Shown here one piece after another: positions 57,513-64,000 of a stretch of DNA of 64,000 nt (positions are counted from its first letter, which is position 1; the number at the start of each line of letters is the position of its first letter). This stretch comes from an uncultured Actinomycetota bacterium (GTDB lineage: Bacteria > Actinomycetota > Actinomycetes > Streptosporangiales > Streptosporangiaceae). Under the pieces are notes generated by a model. That model was not told where the DNA came from and searched no databases. It was given only the letters and a program-made list of their open reading frames with translations. Made by a program: the position numbers and the translations under genes. The stretch is taken from NCBI GenBank assembly GCA_963774905.1, contig CAVZHC010000003.1, positions 142,113-206,112 of the forward strand. The letters run 5' to 3'.

Positions 57513-58165
57513 GGCGTGACCCGCTTCGGCCTGCCTGGTTCCCTGGCGTCCGGGCGGCGCAGGTACAGCGGCTCGGCCGGGCCTGGCGCGATGCCGTCGG
57601 CGACGTGCCTGGCGGCGAGCTCGGCCAGCTGCGCGGCCGACGGGTAGCGCGGCCCGAACGTCTGGCCAGCGGCCGCGAGCTCGGCGTGCAGCCGCGGCCC
57701 TTCCCCGGCGACCGGGTAGCCGGGCGGCACCAGCGCGGGGAGGCCGACGGCGGGCTCGGTGAGCCGCTGCCCCTGCGCGGAATAGCGGGCCCAGTAGACC
57801 TCGCGGCGGCGGGCGTCGGTGGCCACCACGAACTCACGGCCGCCGGCGTAACGGCAGGCCTCGGCGGCGATGATGTCCAGCGTGCAGATGCCGTCCACGG
57901 CAATGCCGAGCGTCGCGCCGAGCACCTGCGCGGTCACCAGCCCTACCCGCAGCCCGGTGTACGGGCCCGGGCCGGTCCCGACCGCCACCAGGGTCAGGTC
58001 GCCGACCGCGGCGCCTGCCTTGTCGAGCACCCGCTCGACCGAAGGCGCGAGCAGCTCGCCGTGCCGCCGCGCGTCGACCGACGACTCGTGCGCGAGCACG
58101 GCCGAGCCGTCGTGCAGCGCGACGGTGACCGCGGGCGTCGCGGTGTCGAACGCAAGGATCAGCAC
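57509..58165 (-). CDS. tsaB: tRNA threonylcarbamoyladenosine biosynthesis protein TsaB
   Basis: MLILAFDTATPAVTVAL...VAVGTGPGPYTGLRVGL. Confidence 0.85.
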   Translation of the reverse strand: MLILAFDTATPAVTVALHDGSAVLAHESSVDARRHGELLAPSVERVLDKAGAAVGDLTLVAVGTGPGPYTGLRVGLVTAQVLGATLGIAVDGICTLDIIAAEACRYAGGREFVVATDARRREVYWARYSAQGQRLTEPAVGLPALVPPGYPVAGEGPRLHAELAAAGQTFGPRYPSAAQLAELAARHVADGIAPGPAEPLYLRRPDAREPGRPKRVTP

Positions 58166-58242
58166 GGTGTCTCAGCCTAGTCATCCCGGCCGGCTAGCCG
58201 GGCCGGTCGCTGGTGCGGGGCCGCAGGCGGGCCGCGGCGGGT

Positions 58243-59250
58243 TCAGCCGACCTTCGGCTCGTGCTCGACCTGCGCGAGCACGGCTCGCGCAGCGGCGATC
58301 GTGCTCGCGCGCAGGCTGGCGATCGTGACCGGCCCGAAGCCGTCGCCGTTCTGCCCGGACACATACACCGTGACCAGCACGTTGTGGTACCTGGCGAACA
58401 CCGTCACCCGGTCGAGCAGCCATGTCTTGATGTGGAAGACCTGCACCGCGGTCAGCGCCTCGTTGCCGAGCCCGCCGACCGCGACGATCGTGGCCGGCGG
58501 CTGCGGGGTGTTCTTGGGCGGCTTAGCGAACAGCTGGCGCTGCTGCGAGTAGGTGTACTTCGCGGTCGCGGTCGCGCTGCCGTTGCCGGCTGCCACGGTC
58601 AGGTTGGGGGGGTAGGCCTGGACGATGATGTCCAGCACCCGGAACGTCGGCTGGGCGTCCACCTGGTACGTGCACTGGCTCTGCGATGCGCTGTTGTACG
58701 GCTGGAAGCTCTTCGGCGTCCCGGCGAGGTAGCTGCGGAGCGCGGCGGCACCGACCACCTTGCAGGCGTTGGGCACGGCGCGGATGTCGCCGGCCTGCCA
58801 GGTCGTCACGTACCTGGACTTCGGCGCTGACGACTGGCTGAGCAGGATGCCGGCGGCCACGATGAGGATCACGACGATCGCGGCCCCGGCCCAGGTGACC
58901 AGCCTGCGCTTGGACCGGCGGCGGCGGGCGGCCGCGACGCGGCTGCGCCCGGCCAGCCTGCCGCGCCTGGGCGGCGGCGGGGCAGGGCCGGGGTCGGCCA
59001 CCGGGAAGTCGTTGAACTCGTCGTCGAGCAGCGGCGGCGGACGGCGGACGGCCCGGACCGGCTCGATCCCGCCCGGCACGGCCCACGGGGGTGCGCCGTC
59101 CTCCGGCTCTGGCCGGTCGTCGAACGCGTCGAGCATCTGCCAGCCGGACCGCCGACTGTCCTGCGGGACCCTCGGCCTGCCAGAGTGGCCAGGATGGCCC
59201 GTCTGACCTGGCGGGTAGTCCTCACTCACGGCGCGCCTCCCGGCCAGCAT
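58243..59250 (-). CDS. Hypothetical single-pass membrane protein (Pro/Arg-rich cytoplasmic head, ~230-aa extracytoplasmic domain)
   Basis: TM LVTWAGAAIVVILIVAAGILL. No recognised domain. Start uncertain (59250 or 59136). Sits between tsaE and tsaB. Confidence 0.55.
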   Translation of the reverse strand: MLAGRRAVSEDYPPGQTGHPGHSGRPRVPQDSRRSGWQMLDAFDDRPEPEDGAPPWAVPGGIEPVRAVRRPPPLLDDEFNDFPVADPGPAPPPPRRGRLAGRSRVAAARRRRSKRRLVTWAGAAIVVILIVAAGILLSQSSAPKSRYVTTWQAGDIRAVPNACKVVGAAALRSYLAGTPKSFQPYNSASQSQCTYQVDAQPTFRVLDIIVQAYPPNLTVAAGNGSATATAKYTYSQQRQLFAKPPKNTPQPPATIVAVGGLGNEALTAVQVFHIKTWLLDRVTVFARYHNVLVTVYVSGQNGDGFGPVTIASLRASTIAAARAVLAQVEHEPKVG

Positions 59251-59397
59251 CGGACCGTGCGTTACGACGGCAAGCTGCTCTGGATCACTGCAGTTTAGTG
59301 TCGGCGACACAGCCGATGAGCGACACATCGGAACAATTGCAACACCCAATGGCGACCTGCCCAGCGACACCGAGCCCCGTGGGAACCAGCAGGAACA

Positions 59398-59514
59398 GGC
59401 CGGGCTAACTAGCGCGGGAACTAGCCCCGTGAACACGAGCCCCGTGAACACGAGCACCGTGGTAACTAGCCCGTGGAACTAGCCCAGCGGGAACTAGCCC
59501 AGCGGGAACTAGCT
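59398..59514. repeat. Degenerate array of ~8 units of 12-15 nt, mostly ending in AACTAG, abutting the tsaE stop
   Basis: CCGGGCTAACTAG CGCGGGAACTAG CCCCGTGAACACGAG x2 CACCGTGGTAACTAG CCCGTGGAACTAG CCCAGCGGGAACTAG x2. The last CTA is the tsaE TAG stop on the minus strand. Confidence 0.75.
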
Positions 59515-60177
59515 CGAAGGCTCGGCCGACACGGCGACCAGGTCCGCGGCCGAGTCGGCCCACCGGGCGCCGTGACCCGCGAGCCTGACCAGCCGGGGCT
59601 CGTCACCCAGCCCGTCTCCGGTGACCCCATCGACCCCGATGACGCCAGCGGAACCAAGAACCTCACTAGCACCACGGTCCCCTGGGAACACAGGAGCCTC
59701 CGGCGCGGGCGGCTCGTCCCAGGCGATGGTGACCAGCAGGTGCGCGGGTGCCAGGGTCTCGACCAGCCCCTCGCCCCATTCCACCGCGGTCACCGAGTGG
59801 TCAAGGTCGGCGTCCAGGTCGAGGTCGTCGACCTCGAGCCGACTGCCGAGCCGGTAGGCGTCGGCGTGCACCAGGTCGGGGCCGCCGCACAGGGACGGGT
59901 GCACCCTGGCGATCACGAACGTCGGCGAGGTCACCGGCCCGCGGACGCCAAGACCGTCGCCGATCCCCTGGACCAGCGTCGTCTTGCCCGCGCCGAGCGG
60001 CCCGGCGAGCACGACAAGGTCGCCGGGGCGCAGCAGCCCGGCCAACCGGGCGCCGAGCGCCCGCATCTGCGCCGCGCCGAGCACGGCGACCCGCGCGGTG
60101 ACCGCCGCCGGCGCGGAGGTCACCGCGCCGCCCGGCCGGCTGCGGTCATCCATCGCCGCCCACCCGGCCGCCGTCAC
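59509..60177 (-). CDS. tsaE: tRNA threonylcarbamoyladenosine biosynthesis ATPase TsaE
   Basis: P-loop LAGPLGAGKTTLVQGIG and PTFVIARVH...HADAYRL. Start uncertain. Confidence 0.85.
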   Translation of the reverse strand: MTAAGWAAMDDRSRPGGAVTSAPAAVTARVAVLGAAQMRALGARLAGLLRPGDLVVLAGPLGAGKTTLVQGIGDGLGVRGPVTSPTFVIARVHPSLCGGPDLVHADAYRLGSRLEVDDLDLDADLDHSVTAVEWGEGLVETLAPAHLLVTIAWDEPPAPEAPVFPGDRGASEVLGSAGVIGVDGVTGDGLGDEPRLVRLAGHGARWADSAADLVAVSAEPSS

Positions 60178-61256
60178 CCATCGCCGTCCGCTGTCGCCGC
60201 GTACTGCGCGAGCGCCCGGTTCACCAGGCCGGCGATGGCCTCGTTGACCTCCTCGGGCCGCTCAAGTATCACCACGTGGCCGGCCCCCTGCACCTTGACA
60301 AGCTCAGCGCCGCGGATCGCGTCGGCGATCTCGACGGACAGGGCAGGGTCGACCAGCCGGTCCCTGTCGCCGGTCAGCACCAGCACCGGCACCGTGCTCA
60401 GCACCTTGAGCGCCCGGCGCTTGTCGTGCCCGACCAGCGCCACGTAGAAGTCGGCGATCACGTCGATCGGGGTGGCCCTGATGATGCGCTCGAGGAAGTC
60501 CACCAGCGTCGGGCTCACCTTCGGGTCGCCGAACCCGATCCGCCTGGTGCCGAGGAACGCGATGTCGCTGGCCGACTGCCTGCCGCGCTCGACCATCCCG
60601 GCCATCCGCCCCTTGGAGGCCCCGGTCATCATCGACGGCATCGCGACCCTGACCGCCGGCCGCAGCGGCGCGGGCAGCCAGGTCGCCGGGTCCACCGTGG
60701 ACGCGGCCGTGGAGAGCAGGGCCGCGCCGATCACCTTCGTGCCGAACAGTTCGGGATGCTGGTCGGCGAGCGCCATCACGGTCATCCCGCCCATCGAGTG
60801 GCCGACAAGCACGACCGGCATGTCGCCGGGCGCCGTGGCCATCATGACCTCGTGCAGGTCGGCGCCGAGCTGGTCGATGCTGACCAGGTCGGGGTCGGAC
60901 CTGCCGGACCTGCCATGGCTGCGCTGGTCCCAGAAGACACTGCGCGCGACCTGCTCGAACCCGGCGCGCTGGTAGTACCAGACGTCCTGGTTCAGCGTGT
61001 AGCCATGGCAGAAGATGATCGTCACCGGCGCGTCGGGCGGGCCGCTGACCTCCACGTGCAGCGGCAGGCCGTCGTCAGCGGTTACCGTGAGCGCCTCGCC
61101 GCGGATGTTGCCGAACGCCTCGCCGGCCACCGGGTCGGGGCGGAGCCTGATCCGTCCGACGGCGACCTTCTCGGCCATGATCACGGCACCGGCGCCGGCC
61201 GCCACCGCGCCAGCGGCGAGGCCGGTGACCCCGGTGAGCCGCCGCCAGTTGACCAT
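60174..61256 (-). CDS. Alpha/beta hydrolase fold protein
   Basis: IIFCHGYTLN and nucleophile elbow VGHSMGG. ATGA overlap with the alr stop. Confidence 0.8.
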   Translation of the reverse strand: MVNWRRLTGVTGLAAGAVAAGAGAVIMAEKVAVGRIRLRPDPVAGEAFGNIRGEALTVTADDGLPLHVEVSGPPDAPVTIIFCHGYTLNQDVWYYQRAGFEQVARSVFWDQRSHGRSGRSDPDLVSIDQLGADLHEVMMATAPGDMPVVLVGHSMGGMTVMALADQHPELFGTKVIGAALLSTAASTVDPATWLPAPLRPAVRVAMPSMMTGASKGRMAGMVERGRQSASDIAFLGTRRIGFGDPKVSPTLVDFLERIIRATPIDVIADFYVALVGHDKRRALKVLSTVPVLVLTGDRDRLVDPALSVEIADAIRGAELVKVQGAGHVVILERPEEVNEAIAGLVNRALAQYAATADGDG

Positions 61257-62473
61257 CAGACCTCCTGCCCGACCAGCGGCGCGCCCTGCGGGTCGTCCGC
61301 ATCGGGCGTGCCGCCCGCGGCCAGTCCAGCCAGGCGGGACTCCGCGCCGGTTACTCCACAGTAGCTTCTGGGGATCTTCGCCGTAAACCTGGTCACGACG
61401 TCGTAGGAGATCGTGCCCATCGCGTCGGCCCACTCCTGCGCGGTCGGCTCGCCCCAGTCGCCAGCGCCGAAGAGGATCACCTCGTCGCCGGCCTCAATGG
61501 GCAGGTCGCCGGCGTCCACCACGCACTGGTTCATGCAGACCGTCCCGGAGATGGTCAGCCGACTGCCGCGGACGAGCACCTGGACCGTGTTCGCCCCGGC
61601 GCGCGGGATGCCCTCGTGGTAGCCGAGCGGAACCAGGCCGAGGAACGCGTGACCGGCGGTCACATAGCGGTGCCCGTAGGAGACTCCAGTTCCCGGTGCG
61701 ACCCGTTTGACCTGAACAAGATGAGTACGGACGGTCATGGCCGGCCGCAGCCAGCCGGGCGGCCCGCCGGGCGACGTGCACAGCCCAGTCACCCCGCCGC
61801 CCGGCCTGACCAGGTCGAACCACGTGTCTGGCCTGGTCAGCAGCGCGGGAGTGTTGGCCAGGTGGCGCACGACCGGGCGCGCGCCTGCCCGCTGTGCCTG
61901 GGCGACAGCGTCGCGAAAGGCGTCGAGCTGCTGGTCGACGGAGGGATGGCCGGGGATGTCGGCGCAGGCCAGGTGCGACCAGACGCCGATGATCTCGCAA
62001 CGGCCGGCGGCCTGCTCGGCCAGCGCGGCCGCGACCAGGCCCGGCCACTGCGCCATCGGCGCCCCGCCGCGGCTCATCCCGGTGTCGGCCTTCAGATGCA
62101 GCCTGGCCGGGCGCCCGGCCAGCTCGGCGGCGGCCGCGATCTGGCGCACCAGGTCGACCGAGCCCGCCGAAAGGTCTACTTCAGCGGCGATCGCCTCGGC
62201 GTGCGGCGCGCCGGGCGCGGCAAGCAGGCAGAGCACGGGCACAGTGAAGCCCGCGCGGCGCAGCGCCAGCGCCTCGGCCACGTGGCCGACGCCGAGCCAG
62301 GTGGCGCCGCCGGCCAGGGCGGACGCTGCGGTAGGCAGCGCGCCGTGACCGTAGCCGTCGGACTTGACCACGGCCATCACCTGCGCGTGGCCGACGTGCT
62401 CGGCGATCGCGGCCACGTTCGACCTGACCGCGCCGAGGTCGACCAGTGCCTGTGGATGCCCGTCCATGGCCAT
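61256..62473 (-). CDS. alr: Alanine racemase
   Basis: PLP-lysine motif AVVKSDGYGHG, and VSYGHRY...GYHEGIPR. Start ATG 62473 (MAMDGHPQALVDL) chosen so it does not overlap the divergent peptidase gene. Confidence 0.9.
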   Translation of the reverse strand: MAMDGHPQALVDLGAVRSNVAAIAEHVGHAQVMAVVKSDGYGHGALPTAASALAGGATWLGVGHVAEALALRRAGFTVPVLCLLAAPGAPHAEAIAAEVDLSAGSVDLVRQIAAAAELAGRPARLHLKADTGMSRGGAPMAQWPGLVAAALAEQAAGRCEIIGVWSHLACADIPGHPSVDQQLDAFRDAVAQAQRAGARPVVRHLANTPALLTRPDTWFDLVRPGGGVTGLCTSPGGPPGWLRPAMTVRTHLVQVKRVAPGTGVSYGHRYVTAGHAFLGLVPLGYHEGIPRAGANTVQVLVRGSRLTISGTVCMNQCVVDAGDLPIEAGDEVILFGAGDWGEPTAQEWADAMGTISYDVVTRFTAKIPRSYCGVTGAESRLAGLAAGGTPDADDPQGAPLVGQEV

Positions 62474-62525
62474 CAAGTGTGCCACCTGCGGGCCACCGCT
62501 CCGGCCGCCGTGGTTAGGTACTGCC

Positions 62526-64000
62526 ATGGTCGAACTCATTCCCCGGCAGGTGCTCTTCGGCAACCCTGAGCGGGTCAATCCCCAGCTATCCCCCGACGGG
62601 ACCAGGCTCGCCTGGCTGGCGCCGTCCGACGGCCTGCTCAACGTCTGGCTCGCGCCGGTCAGCTTGCAGTCCGGGGTTGACTGGGACCAGGCGCAGGTGA
62701 TCACCGCCGACACCGACCGTGGCATCAGGACGTTCACCTGGGCGCATGACAACAGGCACCTGCTCTACCTGCAGGACACCGGCGGGGACGAGAACTGGCG
62801 GCTGTACGACGTGGACGTCCAGACCATGCAGCGCAGGGACCTGACCCCGTTCGACGGCGTCCAGTGCCAGCTCGTGGGCCTGGAGCGCGACGTCCCCACC
62901 GAGGTCCTGATCGGGCTGAACAAGGACAACCCGGAGTTGCACGACGTGTACCGGCTCGACCTGGTGACCGGGACCCTCACCAAGGAGGTCACCAACCCTG
63001 GGTTCATCGGCTGGCTCACCGACGCCAGGCTGGTGGTCCGGGCCACGTTCGCACCCGAGCCCGACGGCAGCCTGAAGGTCCTGGTACGCGACGGCGCCGA
63101 CGACGACTGGCGCGAACTGCTTACCGTCTCGGCCGAGGATGCCCTGACGACCGACCCCGTCGCGTTCAGCGCCGACGGCAAGTCGCTGCTGATGATCAGC
63201 TCGGCCGACGCGGAGACCGCGAGGCTGGTGCGGTTCGACCTGGCCACCGGGATGCAGGAGGTGCTGGCAGGCGACCCGGTCGCCGACGTCAACGGCGTCC
63301 GGCTCGACCCGGCGACCAGGGAGCCGCAGATCGTGACCGTGGACAAGGACCGGGCCGAGTACCTGGTCCTCGACCAGGCGGTGGCCGACGACCTGGCGGC
63401 CATTCGGGCGCTGCACCCCGGCGACCCGGTGTTCACGAGCGCGAACGACGACGACACCACCTGGCTGGTCGCATTCACCAACGACTCTGGGCCGATCCCG
63501 TACTTCGCCTACGACCGGGCGAGCCGGCAGGGCAGCTTCCTGTTCGACCACCAGCCGGCGCTCAGCGGGTACACGCTCGCGCCGATGGTGCCGTTCTCCT
63601 TCACCGCCAGGGACGGCCTCGAGATCCACGGTTACGCCTCGTTCCCGTCTGGGGCGGCCAGGCGGGGGCTGCCCACCGTGCTGAACGTGCACGGCGGACC
63701 GTGGGCCAAGAATTCCTGGGGCTACGGGTCAGAGGCGCAGTGGCTGGCCAACCGCGGTTATCTCTGCCTGCAGGTCAATTACCGCGGCTCGACCGGCTAC
63801 GGCAAGGCGTTCATCAACGCGGGCGACCGGCAATGGGGCGCCAGCATGCAGGACGACCTCACCGACGCGGTGTCCTTCGCAGTGGCGCAGGGCTGGGCCG
63901 ACCCAGCCAAGGTGGCGATCTACGGCGGCTCCTACGGCGGGTATGCGGCGCTGGCTGGCGCGACATTCACCCCAGGCGTGTACTGCTGCGCGGTGGACAT
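62526..64000 (+). CDS. S9 family (prolyl oligopeptidase / acylaminoacyl-peptidase-like) serine peptidase, 3' end cut by window edge
   Basis: Not in the supplied ORF track; translated by hand from ATG 62526 as MVELIPRQVLFGNPERVNPQLSPDGTRLAWLAP... (beta-propeller) to ...VHGGPWAKNSW...NYRGSTGYG...IYGGSYGGYAAL (catalytic Ser). Open to nt 64000. Confidence 0.85.
   Translation, partial: MVELIPRQVLFGNPERVNPQLSPDGTRLAWLAPSDGLLNVWLAPVSLQSGVDWDQAQVITADTDRGIRTFTWAHDNRHLLYLQDTGGDENWRLYDVDVQTMQRRDLTPFDGVQCQLVGLERDVPTEVLIGLNKDNPELHDVYRLDLVTGTLTKEVTNPGFIGWLTDARLVVRATFAPEPDGSLKVLVRDGADDDWRELLTVSAEDALTTDPVAFSADGKSLLMISSADAETARLVRFDLATGMQEVLAGDPVADVNGVRLDPATREPQIVTVDKDRAEYLVLDQAVADDLAAIRALHPGDPVFTSANDDDTTWLVAFTNDSGPIPYFAYDRASRQGSFLFDHQPALSGYTLAPMVPFSFTARDGLEIHGYASFPSGAARRGLPTVLNVHGGPWAKNSWGYGSEAQWLANRGYLCLQVNYRGSTGYGKAFINAGDRQWGASMQDDLTDAVSFAVAQGWADPAKVAIYGGSYGGYAALAGATFTPGVYCCAVD

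Overview
Very GC-rich, GC3-biased actinobacterial chromosomal segment, almost entirely coding and mostly core metabolism and housekeeping. From memory of Mycobacterium and Streptomyces gene order, it joins three conserved blocks. (i) Class I and class II fumarases, a fadE25-like acyl-CoA dehydrogenase with purE/purK, and birA/accD5/accE5/accA3. (ii) An lpdA-like oxidoreductase, M20 amidohydrolase, acyl-CoA mutase, trpS and glpD. (iii) guaB3/guaB, an ECF sigma factor, groEL-groES, tsaD-rimI-tsaB-tsaE and alr. I saw no rRNA, tRNA, CRISPR array, transposase or integrase. The interesting parts are departures from the core layout. (1) A translationally coupled TPR / zinc-ribbon PP2C / vWA / zinc-ribbon FHA cassette sits between birA and accD5. 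It resembles a TerY-P-type vWA-phosphatase-kinase module, but it has no kinase domain and carries two reading-frame lesions. (2) A NYN-domain gene splits accD5 from accE5. (3) Two families of structured intergenic repeats occur. One is a 19-bp-stem/30-nt-loop element in two copies whose stem differences are G-U-compatible on the plus strand only. The other is an ACGTGGG...CCCACGT hairpin family, including a 92-bp tandem pair. (4) About 15-nt tandem arrays lie in an unusually long groES-groEL spacer and just downstream of tsaE. (5) A roughly 180-nt stretch bounded by two terminators between groEL and the sigma gene may be an sRNA. (6) Two pseudogenes are present: a 5'-truncated, frameshifted amidohydrolase and a D,D-carboxypeptidase paralog lacking its catalytic serine region. 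All functional calls rest on motif recognition in the supplied translations and on recalled synteny. No database search was run.
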